DNA from: Tubiluchus corallicola
Lineage: Eukaryota; Animalia; Priapulida
Length of the DNA stretch: 64,000 nt
NCBI GenBank assembly: GCA_030141605.1
Contig: JAQGDQ010000016.1
Coordinates: 116,642-180,641, forward strand
Direction of reading: 5' to 3'
Each line of letters begins with the position of its first letter. The first letter of the stretch is position 1. Shown piece after piece: positions 1-21,339 of the stretch. The position numbers and the translations under genes were made by a program. The notes below the pieces were generated by a model. The model did no database searches and had not been told where the DNA came from. It worked only from the letters and a program-made list of their open reading frames with translations.

Positions 1-182
1 GTAAGCGTGCTTACACATATTAAAATATATATTATAGTTGGTGCAAAAGAGTGCCAAAGTCAGTATTATTAAAGTTTGTATGAAGTACTTCACGTGTCCA
101 TCATTTTCAATTCAAACTAGACGAAGGTGTTTCTTTCAACAGCTGAAACAGTTTCTCACCTCTGTAAGGGGTCCCAGCGCTC

Positions 183-511
183 AACAATTTTAGTGTTTAG
201 CTTCTGAAAATCATGCGCCTCTGTGTGGCCGTCATTCATTTTTCTCTTTAAAGGGAAGGAAATGTCAAGCCTTGTAGGGGGTTAGGCTTATGTCAGTGTT
301 TGCGAAAAAATGACCGCGACTTTAAAGTAATATTACTAATTACACTTATTGCACTAAATCCTTCTGGCATTTTTTGCGAACATTGAAATAAGCCTAACCT
401 CCTAGAAGGCTTGACCTTTCCTTTTCTTTAAAGAGAAAAAATGAATGACGGCCGCACAGAATCCGCACAGAGGCGCAACAAACGCTGAGGAACTAAACAC
501 CAAAATTGTCA
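183..511. mobile_element. Foldback (palindromic) element; duplicate at about 22643-22950
   Basis: Arms CCTCTGTGTGGCCGTCATTCATTTTTCTCTTTAAAG...TCAAGCCTT...AGGCTTAT and their reverse complement, about 120 bp each. Confidence 0.75.
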
Positions 512-1256
512 ACCTCCTAGAACGTTTGTTCTTCTCCAGTGGCGGCTCGTAGCTAAAATTACCGGGGGTGCTGCTTCAGAAATTTTTTAGCCATTGTTGT
601 AAAAATGTGTAAAAGAAACAAACATGTGCAATTTTAATCTTGTAATTTGTGTTTGTAATTTTAGACATACAAACAGCTCATTAATTGTTAGCAGTTTTAT
701 TTTATTTTCTCTTTTTACAACCATTGTCACCAAATGAAGTTTAAAGTTGTTATGCAATTATGGTTCAATATACAATATAAAAATTAATAGAAAGCATAAA
801 ACTAATTTATAAATTTAGCTGATTTAAAATAAAATAGGTTACTAATACTCACGTAGTTGCGAATTTTATAATAAACACACTAAAAAGCTACTACATAACA
901 TGAGATTAGTAAAACACGCATTACATTCCACTGCACAATACGAAACTGACCAACCCCTTACTCCTGCTCCGCAAACAGGTTTTTTCTCCAACTATTGCCA
1001 TCCAGCTGCGAAATAAGTAACTAATTACTAGTCTATTTTGAACGTTAAAAAACAAATGTGTAAAAAAAAACAAGTAAACAACTTGAAATGTGTAAGTTTG
1101 ATAATAGTTTTATATTTTTACGATAATGGTAAACGTAACTTAACCCTTACCATATTTTAGCTGAGCAAATAGGTTTGGAATGTCTTGAAAGAGAATTTAA
1201 AACTCTACGTATGATTGCCTTCCATTGGCATCACAATAATGTAACTCACGAAGTGA

Positions 1257-1600
<344 letters not shown>

Positions 1601-1949
1601 TTTCCATTCAATTAATTCAACTCACTTGAATTCGATTAACTTTTGCACTGAACTTTACTTCTGTGGGCATTGAAGATCAACCAATCGTCAATTGCCAATA
1701 AATCAATTTATGATGATTTCCAATATAAGCGGATCACTGCCGCAAACTTTGTAATACACGATTTTAGCTCTTCTCAAAAAATGAAAATAATTACCTTTTC
1801 TGATGAAATGTTTATATCTGAAGCCATATCAGATGCACTGTGCCATGTCTCGAACAATGCATTTATATTTGCGCATGCAAGTAAAGCCTGTACATTCCAC
1901 AATACTGTTCACTTCATTATCTGTTAGATCAATTGCAATCTGTTAATAA

Positions 1950-2057
1950 GTGGTGGTGGTGGTGGTGGTGGTGGTGATGATGATCATGATCATGATGATT
2001 ATGAGGATGATGATGATGATGGTGGTGGTAGTGATGGTAATGGTAATGGTGATGGTG

Positions 2058-2088
<31 letters not shown>

Positions 2089-2103
2089 AGATGATAATAA
2101 TAA
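1950..2103. repeat. (GTG/ATG)n microsatellite
   Basis: Seen directly; shorter paralog about 40060-40130. Confidence 0.95.
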
Positions 2104-2545
2104 AATTAGTAAAATCCCCTCAATATATACTTTATATTACTCTATAAGGCACAAAGTTAATTTATACTACCGTTTTATAGAATTCTTTTAAAAATCGCAA
2201 ATGGAAGACTACTCCCTAAATCAAAGACCACATTTAAAAATGCGACATTAGATATGTCGTTTCGTTATATGTGAATTACAGAGAATGATAAAACCATTGA
2301 ATCTCCAAGAGCCGAAATTGTATTTTCACTCATAAAATTATTGCTTCAGCAGAATTACTAGCGTAAGGTTAGGTGGTATTTTGTAATACTATCACTTTAC
2401 ATTAATAGATTGTACTGACTTTGTTAATGTCTTCATAGTTTAGATAAAGGATGTTACCGTGATCTCTTAACTCCCACCAAGTTCCTAACGGTACTGTAAA
2501 TAGATGTTTAAAAAATTATAATCCATCCAGTCCACTATACGTAAT

Positions 2546-3015
2546 GTCGAAATATTAACATTTGCTTTCTTTACTGGTCACATTTTTGTTGTTTTTAACT
2601 GTTATGAAAATATGCAGATTCTGCGTCATTGACTTTTTCTTTTGCTCAAGAAACTTTATTCTTTTTACTGAGAAAAGCGACTCTTATTAAAAACTTCAAA
2701 AAATACTACAAACGTTTCCACTGCATGGCCTAGCAGTCGTCACCAGTGTGATAGTGTATGGTTGCTGTTTGTTTGCTTTCTCACACTGAAGACAATTGCT
2801 AGGCCAAGCAATGGAAACGTTTTTAGTATTTTTTGAAGTTTTTGATAGGAATCGTTTCTCTCAGTAAAACGAATTACGTTTTTTGAGTAAAAGAAAAGTC
2901 AATGAACATACGACACAGAATCTGCTAAAGTTTCAGATCAGTTAAAAACAGTGAAAAGACAAACGGTACTGAAACAAAGTTGCTTTAATCGAAAGTTAAA
3001 GTTAATATTTCGACT
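2546..3015. mobile_element. Foldback (palindromic) MITE; duplicate at about 40550-41035
   Basis: About 200-bp imperfect inverted arms from GTCGAAATATTAAC to GTTAATATTTCGAC, centred near 2765. Confidence 0.8.
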
Positions 3016-3217
3016 CCTTATGTGGAGGTAGTTATAAAGGCTGATACATACTGAAATTAGGCTAGGTTTTACTCTTCACGTATAACCTATATTTAATTTT
3101 TAAATTTTGAATCCACAAAAGATTTTATTGTCAGAAAAGCATCTATTTTAGTAGATTATGGGATTTTGCTAGGCAATTGTGGTTGGCAAGGCAACCAATT
3201 TTTTTCCTGAGAAATAC

Positions 3218-3605
3218 GACTTTTCAAAGTTCCAGCGCTTGATGATGATGATGATCGTGAAAACGTCAAAGATTAAGCGACTAGACAATGCATTTACTTA
3301 CACTTGCCAACGCCTCGAAGCCCCTTCGATTGTAGTAACCGTTTTAACAGCTAGCTAGAACATTATCTAGTTCATTTTGTCTTGATTCCAAGCAAGTTCC
3401 TGCTAGTAAATCACTCTAGTACACAGACTAACTCATAATTAATTACATTCTATGTAAAACAAGTGAAGTTACTGAACCGATGCCACTGACGGCTTTGCTT
3501 CACGTACATGTCACGTGATGTTTGTAGTTCAGACGCGTTGCTGTGGTTCACCTAACCTTTGACCTACAGCAACTACACATGCACAGCGAAAGTGTAAAAA
3601 GGCTT
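3218..3605 (+). mobile_element. MITE family M1, copy 1
   Basis: Matches the family consensus (G/A)AGCCTTTTCACAG...TCAAAGGTTAAGTGTACCAG...GTGGTACACTTAACCTTTGAC...CTGTGAAAAGGCT(C/T). Confidence 0.8.
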
Positions 3606-3629
3606 AACAGAACTCAGATGCCACATGCC

Positions 3630-3660
3630 GCGGCAGCAGCAGCGGCAGCGACAGCGACAG

Positions 3661-3715
<55 letters not shown>

Positions 3716-3770
3716 AACAACAACAGCACAAGAGCAACAACAGCAACAACAGCAGCAAGAACATCAGCAA
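3630..3770. repeat. (CAG/CGA/CAA)n compound microsatellite; paralog about 41668-41778
   Basis: Seen directly. Confidence 0.95.
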
Positions 3771-5909
3771 TGAAACTAAGAATGACGAAAATGACAATAA
3801 TGATGACAACGGAAATGACAATAACACTGATTTACAATAAAAATATGTCGTAATGCATGTTCTATCTTGCATGTCAAAGTTTCAAAAAGTTTGGGTGGTA
3901 AAAATTCAGGCCACAAATGTGACAAGAGTCATCTCTGATGGTCAGTTGGAACATTTAATTTCTCAAACGCCTCTTTTAGTTCAGGTATCCTCGTCAATGT
4001 TGAACTGAACTGGAACTTAATCATATTGAAACGAATTAGCGTATCTAGAATACTAAAATCGATTTCATTTTCAAAAACTGAACTGACAGGAAACGATTTA
4101 AACAGATCTAATTGCGTGAGCCACTTATAATTATTTCCAGTTAACATAAAATCACATAATGATGGCAACGATTTATCGTGGTTTTGCTGCAGGCATTTAT
4201 CGTTGCTGCAGCTGCTCTGGCTACCATGGACAGCAGAAAAGCGCAAAATATACAACTAACTACCTCGGAGTACTGTATTTCCACGTATAAATCGTACCCG
4301 CGGATTGAAGGCCAGAGGCGAGTCGGTGAAAGTCGGTGCGGCGGCGTTTGTGTTTATCTCAAAAACGCCAACAGAACGCTTGAAAATTAATTATTAAGCC
4401 TTTGGCATTGAGTCCACTCTTTCGCAATGTTAGGTTATGCACATGCTGTAAAAAGTAGTAATTCATGCGTACTGCGCAGCTAATCTGATGTGCAGAACAA
4501 GTTTCTTGGCGAACAATCCACTATTTTCATACCTGTTCTTAGTCCGCCTAATTATGCATGCTTGACTGACGTATTTTCTCTGCAGAGGTCATTTCGAGTG
4601 TATCATTATTATGGTAAACAAATGATTCACAAAATTACCTCATGTACAAAGGCTGCCCCTCATTGTTTGCTGTTTTAAATGTTTGTGTGGGCTTTGCTAA
4701 TTAAAATAATACAACTAATCGCCAGTGATAACAGAAAAAAACTTGCATATTTTATGTATTATTTATTTGTACAAAAAGCACATTAACACAACACAACCAC
4801 AACTGTTTTAATATTTTAACCTGCGTATCCATTCTACTTATTCAGTAGGATACCGCCGTCCAAAGAAAAATTTCTTCGTCACTGTTCTCAGGTCAGTGTG
4901 GTCCTAAGGTAGCGCGCTGGCATGCATTTACCCAAGCAGCGCTAGGAAACACTCAACGATTGCTTCATAGAGAAAGTTAAAAAATGCCAAAGTTTAATAT
5001 TTTGGCGCAGTCTTGCTTTATCATATTTCATTCATGCTAGGCAGTACACAGTGATTACAAGCAAAATATGGATGATTTACCTCGTTTATGGGCTCACGTC
5101 AATTACCGTCTGCTGAAATTAGAGGGAGTTCTAAAGGTATACTGACTTTCTCACAGCATTTGGTTTTGTGCATTGCACAATTATTGTTTTATTTTTGGGT
5201 AAACCTAAAATCTGTTGACGTCATTACTGTCGCCATAGTTCATTACATTAAACTTAAATTACCAGTGTTATTGTCATATTTAGTGAGACACCATAATGGT
5301 TTAGATTGCGGTAAAGTAGCTATTGTAAGTTGCTGACAAAGCTTACAATTGCATGAAAAAAATTTGCGTGAAATTCGTACCAAGGTTTTTCTTAATGACA
5401 CTCGTAATAACTTAATAGAACGATTGGCAGAAAAGAGGATATTACAAGAAAACTTTACTATAAAATAGTTTTGTTATTTTTATAGGCGAGTAAAAGTTAC
5501 TATAAAGTAATCCATCGGATCAGTTTTGCGTGGGAGGGAGAAGTTGATTCTTAATTTTAAAAAAAACTTTCATTTTCTGTCATTTTGCTTCTTCGTGCCA
5601 TACTATACAATTCAAAAAGTTTCTGTACTGTACTGTATCATAGTCACAGAATATACCAGAATATCCCAAAGTGCAATTTATTTGAATCAGGTTTTAAAGC
5701 CTGAACGACAAGTCAGAAAAAGACAAAAATTACAATGGCGCCTGCTTCAAGTTACAATAGTACTAAAAGCAGAGATTCCATTTTTTTATGAAAGCAATAA
5801 TTTGAACAGTGCATACTGGGTATTAAGCGTTGTATCAAACGCCCAACTAGATATTTGTTGGGATAAATAAATTCATTTTTGTTGTTTCTAGTCACAGTTG
5901 TGCAAGAAG

Positions 5910-6349
5910 TAGGGGTGAGCATCAAACGTTCGAGTTCGAACGTTCGAATCGAATTCGAACGCTCGAATTCGATTCGAACGAGTTTTTTTAGTTCGAACTC
6001 GATTCGAATCCAAAACTATAGATTCGAATAATTCAGCACTTCAATCACATATGTTCCTGATCACTAAAACGATTGAAACAACATGCAATTAGCGTAATTT
6101 AGCAGTGATTTCTGTGCACAATTTTAAACAAATTACAAGTCGTTTTATTGCAGAACAAAATCTAGTGATACACATGATCTTTGTAAGACTAATTTTTACT
6201 GGTGGTTCGAAAACTTGTTCGAAAATCGTTCAATCTCAATTCGAATTCGGTTCGACTTCGAAACACTGAAGTTCGGTTCGATTCGAATTCGAAAGTCACA
6301 AATTCGGTTCGATTCGAATTCGCTTTCTGGTAGAGAATGCTCACCCCTA
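5910..6349. mobile_element. hAT-type MITE
   Basis: TIR TAGGGGTGAGCAT...ATGCTCACCCCTA, exact 8-bp TSD GCAAGAAG (5902-5909 and 6350-6357), subterminal arrays of TTCGAA/TTCGA. Confidence 0.92.
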
Positions 6350-6689
6350 GCAAGAAGTAGTACAAGTTGTTTTTTAAACCGAAGAAGAAAATCATTCAGA
6401 AAATTCCAAAGACATTCTTGGGATAAGCACGGGCGCACCTGTTGCCCGATCGTTTACTTCCTGCATGCTGGCTAACTGATGTCAAACGTCACCTTCCTTT
6501 TTCGTGGGCATTTAGATTAAAATGAAAATAAAACAAAAATAACAAGATTCGCAAGATATCATGCAAACGCATCGAGCTTTCAATCAGATTTTAAAATCAG
6601 TCTTCACACTAAGCGGAAGGACTAATTTTTGAAGAGCTTAAAGGAAGACAGAACGATTAAAAATGGCTCACTCATTATAATAAAATTGA

Positions 6690-7630
6690 GTAATCCTCAG
6701 CGTAAAGTTAAAATAACAACAATGTTCAAGACAAATGCGTCCGGTGCATACTAGAAAAAACTAAAGTGCAAAACTAAGGCCTAATTATATACAATAAATG
6801 AACATATTTACAAACACAATATTAAAATATTTTTACAAAAAAATATTACAAAAAAAACATTAAATTTTACAAGACATATTTTACACTATATATACATTTA
6901 ACATGACACAACAGAAACATGTTTTACATTACATAGTTTTTTTTTTAAATTTTACATTTTTAATCGTTTTGTAGAGTTAGGGGCGGGGGTAGATGAAAAT
7001 TGAGTCTGTGTAATTAGTATCAGATGCACAATGTGGAAGTTGAAACCTGTTATATTGATGTTCTTTTAATTTCTTTTTAAAATGGTGGAGAGATTCTATT
7101 AGTTTTATTTCACTGGGTAGTAAGTTCCATAAATGTATGGCCTGTTTTGATATAGAGTTATTTCCAAATTTATTGTTTACTGTAATTTGCTTTAAATTGT
7201 GTGTTCTATTGTTTAAAGTGGTATCAGGAATGAATGCTAAGGGATTGTTTATAAACGGAATGCTCAGTTTGTTGATATATTTATAAAGAAATATCAGTGT
7301 TTTGTAATCTCGATAGGCTTCTAATATTGGTATTTTTGTGGACGTTCTTAAGCTTGTTGCAGATGCAGCATGTTGTTTAGCAGTTTTATTAGAATAGCCA
7401 TGAATTGATCTAAGTGCGTAGTTTTGCATTGTATTTAGTTTTCATTTTTGACGTTTTGAAGTAAAGTGCAACCATACAGATAATGTGGTAATATTAGACT
7501 TTTGTAGATGAGAATTTTTGTTTTCTTGGTTAGATGGCCTCTGGTTTGGCGTAAAAATGCCGTGCTTAATGCCATCTTGTTGTGTATTTGTTGAAACTGT
7601 TCATCCCAAGTGAGTTTATTATCGACAGTA
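6690..7630 (-). mobile_element. 5'-truncated CR1-group LINE (ORF2 C-terminus plus 3' UTR)
   Basis: VDNKLTW...KILIYKSLILPHYLYG then ORF 6977-7429 (MQNYALRSI...LWNLLPSEIK..SLHHFKKKLK), typical of the post-RT region of CR1/L2 elements. 3' boundary approximate. Confidence 0.8.
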
Positions 7631-10600
7631 ATGCATTAGTAATAATAATCGGTAGTAATCGGTAATAATCGGTAGTAATATACTACCCCGTTTTCAAGCA
7701 TGGTAAAACCTAATCACATTTTAACACCAATAGTACTGTAAAAGCATTTCTAATAATTAAATAATAGATTAAAATCTTAATTAACGACATGCGACGCCAA
7801 CTAGTGATGGCATCACAAACTAACATAATTTTCAACATCAAAAACATTCCACGAGCGTGTTGCACGTGTTTGCGAATGCAAAAATGGAAGAACAGTGCTA
7901 CTGTAAGATATTCGGTGTGTTGTGCTGAAACTGGGCATGTTTTGAGATAAAAATTCAAATTTTATGTTTACTGTTGTACTCACGCATGAGCTGTCGAACG
8001 TGTGTAGTTCGTCAAAAACTAACGCATCTGAACTGAGAGGTACAGCACCTGTTTTTGTGCAATGCTTTCTGAAATGCAGGCGATGGTGACATGCATGTAA
8101 CAGCGAAGAACTAATGGGGCAAATGCGAAATTGTGTTTTTGTGCTAATAATTCTTTCACGTAAGTCATTTTTGAAAAAAAATTGTGTTTACTTTCAATAT
8201 GTTAAAGCGTAGATTGTTTTGACCTATAGTCTAAGAATGGGTCCGATTTTCCTTTATTTCAAGCGGTTGGTTGGAATTTCAGCGCACACTTGTTGAACAC
8301 TAAAAATAAAGAGGTGACATAGATTTGCTTTTCAAAGAAACCAAAAACTGCGCTGTTGATCAAATTGTTGAGTTCTGATAAAAACTAGAAGCTGTATGTG
8401 ATGACCCTGATCCTGTATTTCCTCTAGGGGAATCAAAAAGGGGCATGCTGCGTTAGTCTTACATCTCATAACAGAAGGGAGCTAGTATTATAGTCACTAA
8501 ATGTATGGATGCAGATCGGCCTAAGGCGGATGTTGAAAATACGGGGACTATGGCCTATTTGCACTCTATACACTAACGGATCTGAAAAAAAAAGAAAAAT
8601 CAAATAGCAGATATTAAAATAATTAATCAAACAATTTAATCATCAAGAAATTCTAAAGTGATTCAATTTAAGCAAAAGTTCAGTAATAACAAAGATATAG
8701 CAATATTGACAAAGCTTGGGGTTAGTAGGGTATATACGTTTGCATAAAGTTCATGTCTGCCCACTTTGTACCTAGGTTTTTTGAAACACCTTTCCTTTAA
8801 AGCGAACAGTTTGTAGAACGGTAGCAATACGTCGTAATATAACCTCTGCGCCTGAATACAGTTGTGATTCCAAACTTCGTCAGAGAAACTATAAATTAGT
8901 CTTTACCCAGCAAGTAGCATCGAAGAACATTAGGCTAGTATACGTGATGTTTACGTTATCAGTGCGACATTAGTTACGATCGTAACAAAACCGAAAAGTA
9001 CCTGTTACCACCCTGGATGTGATTCTGTAGTAGGTCGATCCATTTGTCAGTCAGTGGCTAACTCCACTACTGCAGACTGCAGGCCAGCATCTCTGGGACA
9101 ACTCTGGTTGACGACTACAGGTCACGACAACTAGGCTCTCACTGTATAACCATGTACAGTACACACCATATCTTGTGTGAAACTTTCTAGTACGGCATTT
9201 CCCTTCAAAAAAACATATAACTTCACAGAGACGAGTAAACGACCTGTCTCGTTCTGTGTCAAGTTGCCATCCATATCTAAACAGTGTAGAACGAAGTTCA
9301 TCGAGAAGCCACTCGCGTAAACAGCTATAATTTTATTCACCTGTGTACCCTCGTTAACCTTGACTTAGCCACTGCATTATAGTCGCGATAGGGCAGACAA
9401 GAGTGGGTCAGACGGAATTCAAAAGGGGGTTTGTTAGTAGGTGCCTACATCCTAACAAAATATCAGTAATTAATAACACAATTAACTAATACTGCCAGTA
9501 GCTAAATATCATACATATCAATTAATTGAACATACAGTATGAATAGGGCTTAATGTTGCATAAGCATAATATGAGAACTATTAAATGTAGGGCGGAACAT
9601 GACACTATACTGCAGAGTTAATTTGTCTAAGCGCAGTCAATAAAATCTTTTACCTTCAACTTTGATCATTATATTCACAGCGCACACAAAGCAATTCGTT
9701 AGCATGGCTTTAATTCGGGCTAATGTTGTTATACCAAGCGATAAAAAGAGTTTGTAGTATTCTCGACGATTAATGAAATTAAATATAAGCACTTCGCTAA
9801 ATATGAACTCGTTCAAATGTTAATTTGTTGTTGTGTGAAGGTGTTGAAAATCGCGCACAGGTTTGGAAAATCAGTATGGCAAAATTTCGCTTATTTTTGT
9901 TATTTTGTGACAAATATTTGTAACGTAATTTTGCATTTGCAACCTCATGATTAGAGCAATTTAATTATTAATCGTAAAGAAAGAGTTAAAAATGTGCGAG
10001 ATAATTGGACATTTGCTTTGCGAGCGAATGAATTAATCTTGCAACAAAAGCAAACGCATCCTTGAATCTACGGAATGAACGGATTGACTAGATTCTGGCG
10101 ATATTTTGAAAGACACCTGCCCATGCAGAGTGTTTTATCTGAGGTATCTGAGGTTAACCGCTAAGATGAGTACGTGTACTATTCAAGCCACTTTAGGGTG
10201 GTGGACTTTGATAACTTTTAGTTTTTCTCCACCCTTTCACCAATCAGTTAATTATCATATCTCAGATAAATTAATCTGTTACTGCATCATATTATCGTTT
10301 TATGCACTGTGTTTTTCTTCTTGTAAAAAGGCGATAACTAAAGATACTTATACTTATGTAGTCGCAAGAAATGTGCAAACAACTATACTGCAGACCCAAT
10401 GAGTGCCGTTTGCCTTCACTTCTTAATATAATAATGTCTACAGTGAAACGAAGTTGAATCAGCTAGTCAATGAAGCAAACGAACAAACACACAAACAAAC
10501 AAACACGCAAACAAACAAATAAAAGCAGCCAGTCAGCTAACAAACCAAGCGATAAAGCAGATAATACACACGAACAGAAGCAAACAAGAAAATAAAGATA

Positions 10601-11351
10601 AAACCTAGCCAATAAAAATTAAATAACTGCCTTAGTGAGCAACTGACTAATTAACAACTACTGTTTTTTATACAACTCGGCAATCTGCAGATTGGAATCC
10701 AGCTCTCAGTGGAAAAGCCAACTGAAGATTGATGGATATGGTGGGACCAGAACATTGCTCGTTATCAAAGACAATCCTCTATTTCTAAGATGAGATTCGA
10801 ATGGGATATATAAGCAATTATTATAGAATTTTTTAATTTGCAGTTGTGTTTTTTCTTTTGTTATCTGGACACTTATAGGCTTGATTTTAGTGATTTTGGA
10901 CTTTATTCAATTCTCCTCCTCCTCCTCCTATATTGAAAAAAGCTTCAGTAACTGCAATATCACTTGTGCAAAATCAGCTAATGCAGAAAATTTCAACTAT
11001 CCAGAAACAACACTCTGATATGCTTTGGCGTCAAGTCTACTCTATTTTTCAAAAGAAGTTCCTGTTAAAAGATGAAACAGCATTAATTTGTTCTTGGCTT
11101 ATCATTTGGTTTTCCTGGAATAGCAGCATAGCTTGAGCTGTAGCAAGCAGTCGATCAATAAAATAGTGTGTACAATCACGCAAGTGTCCAACAGATTAAG
11201 CTACTCACTAGGGATGTTTTTCTTAATTTTTTCAGTTAAATCGCTTACGATTGTCTAAACAAATAGCAAGATTAGATGGTCGATATTCTCTTGAATAGAA
11301 CAGCATCTAATTTGTAATTATGTCTCTGCTCATACAGCAGCAGAAAAGTCT

Positions 11352-11583
11352 CATGTCTTATAAGACCTGTTTTGAATGTGAGATTATGTAATTAAACTTG
11401 AGATAATCGACAGAAAATCACTGCTGTCGCATGTCTTATATGACCTGTTTTGAATGGTGTGGTCCTGTAGTTAAACTTGAAATAATCGACAGAAAACCAT
11501 TGCTGTCGCATGCCTTATAAGACCTTTTTTGAATGTTGTGGTCCTGTAGTTAAACTTCAGATAATCGACAGAAAATCATTGCT
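11352..11583. repeat. Three tandem copies of an approximately 76-bp unit
   Basis: CATGTCTTATAAGACCTGTTTTGAATG...TTAAACTTGAGATAATCGACAGAAAATCA repeated 3 times. Confidence 0.85.
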
Positions 11584-12583
11584 ATAACTGAGAACTATAA
11601 CAATATGAGATAAATTGAACTTGTATAGAATTACTATAAATTGAACTTTTGTAAAGTTAAATGAGGCTGTGAGGTATCTGGAAAATTAAAGCATTTGGCT
11701 TATAAAGGTAAGCTTAAAATAAAAGGCATATTGGGTTTATTTTACAGTTATCAGTTAAACTTAGAGAAATATAACAAGGAAATGTGCAAAAATACTGCCT
11801 TTAAAGCGTAAAGTTAATCTAAAGTACTATAAAGGTGCCATGACGGCCGTCGTTGACTTAAATTTTTTTTCAAAATTCAAAAAATAGTTGATTGATTTAA
11901 CATATGTCATAATCACATTAGTTTTAAAATACAATACATAAACAGTAAAGTACAAAAATAATCATGTAAAAATAATCACTGTTATTAAAACTGTTATTTT
12001 GATGTAACTGGTGAACGTCGTGACTTTTTGTAAGTGCATCGTGGCTTTCCATAAAGATGCACTGCTCAAAGTTCTTCAGTTTAAATAAATGTTTATGCAA
12101 AAATACCATAAAACTAGCTAATTTTTTTTGGTAAAAACCTATTATACTTTAGACGGAAATTGACAATGTGCTGCTTTCCTTCAGGCGATGAATGACGTCA
12201 TTGGTAGAAAGACTGTTTGAGGTCGTTAATATTAATTTTCCATAATTTTTCTTATTCTGTTATGCAAAAAGTGATTTCAAACGAACGAAAGGCAATTTCA
12301 AATGAACCAGGCTGTGATTTGAAAGTGTAAGTCGTGAAATCAAGTGGGAGAAGATACCATTTGAATATCATTATTAATTTCGATTTTTGTACAATTGAAT
12401 TTACCTTTTGAAGAGTTGATTTCATATTTTGCACATTTCATTTTTCTTTTTTTCATAAACGAAACCAAATTTTTACACAAATGATTTCAGCTTTTGTACA
12501 AATATTTTCAAGGTATGCACAGATGAAATCACCTTTTGCACATTTGAAATTACGTTGAATCTTGAAATCACTTTTTTTGCAAT

Positions 12584-12967
12584 AAGACTTTTCGCAGTTT
12601 TGCTACGCACACGCACAGTTGCTTTCGGTCAAAGGTTAAGAGAACCACAATAACACGTCTTAATTACAAACGTCATATGACATGTGGGTAAAACGAAATC
12701 GTCTGTTGCATCAGTTCAGTATCTTCAGTTGTTTTAGATGGAGTTTACTTAATTGTGCATTAACGTGTGCGTGGAGTGATTTACTAGCAGGATCTTGCTT
12801 GGAAGCAAAAAGAATAAACTAGGTAAGGCTCTAGCTAACCCGTTAAAACTGTTACTTTTACAATAGCATAGGTTACAAGGCGTTGTCAAGCGTACAAAAA
12901 TGCTAGGTCTGATACACTTAACCTTTGACATTTTCACGATCATCATCAATCACTGGAACTTTGAAAA
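12584..12967 (-). mobile_element. MITE family M1, copy 2
   Basis: Reverse-complement match to M1; absent at the paralogous position near 25720. Confidence 0.8.
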
Positions 12968-13233
12968 TATTTTTTGAAAAGAAAAAGAGCACGTATAATC
13001 TCAACTAACTAGCAAGCAGAAATTCTCACAAAAATAAAAAAGGAGAAAACTGTAAAATATCACAGTCTAGTCCGAATTTAGAAAGTGAGTTTCATCTTTG
13101 CTTACGTTATAATTTATAAAAGACCTCCAAAGCTTTAAAGATTTGTAGCTGTAATGACAATGACAATGAATTTAATTTACTTATTCTGCTCAATGACCAT
13201 CTTTAATTAAATAACTTTTTATTGTTAAATTAA

Positions 13234-20930
<7,697 letters not shown>

Positions 20931-21339
20931 CTTGAATTGTGGTGTTTGGCATGGAGGCGTACTGGCACCTTCTTTATTAAACTTTTAAATTAATAAAAAC
21001 AACTGCATTACTTACAAACAGCATTAATTTGCAACACGTACAACTCATATATTATTACTAGACACAATCCTACAGCACTATTATGCACCACTGAATTTCA
21101 AACAAAAAAGTGTTTTGCACAAGGAAAACATATAAGTCATGCAAGAAACTGGCAGAAATACACAAATGTTGTACAAAATTAAGCTGATTTATGAAAATGC
21201 ACCTGTTATACCAACGATGGTATCCGTATCTGATACCGTACGTCCTGCTACACAGTTATAACTAGATTGCCATTTGTAATAGAGACAGACTTTGCACTGA
21301 GCGCATTATGACCTTTGGACTGCATGATGCACACGTGCA

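Larger units (their letters stand above)
1873..3979 (+). repeat. Duplicated block Y; paralog at about 39952-41987
   Basis: Co-linear match including the (ATG)n tract, SULT relic exons, foldback MITE, M1 MITE and (CAA)n. Confidence 0.92.
2420..3980 (-). pseudogene. SULT pseudogene relic (exon-2-like and exon-4-like remnants)
   Basis: About 3980-3866 translates LKEAFEKLNVPTDHQR*LLSHLWPEFLPPKLFETLTCK (homolog of SULT exon 2, in-frame TGA, donor changed to AT). 2493-2420 translates PLGTWWELRDHGNILYLNYEDINK (exon 4 homolog lacking 21 nt, FDHVxKW) with intact AG/GT. No exon 1, 3, 5 or 6 homolog seen. Confidence 0.85.

Noticed and set aside
4178-4390. ORF with hydrophobic N-terminus and RCGGVCVYLKN
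   Set aside because: Non-ATG start and no downstream exons; the motif may be a tiny LINE endonuclease scrap, but support is insufficient.
8750-9420. Possible Gypsy integrase remnant on the minus strand (QWLSQG, VVELA, HPG)
   Set aside because: Too degenerate; no continuous frame, DDE motif or LTRs identifiable by eye.
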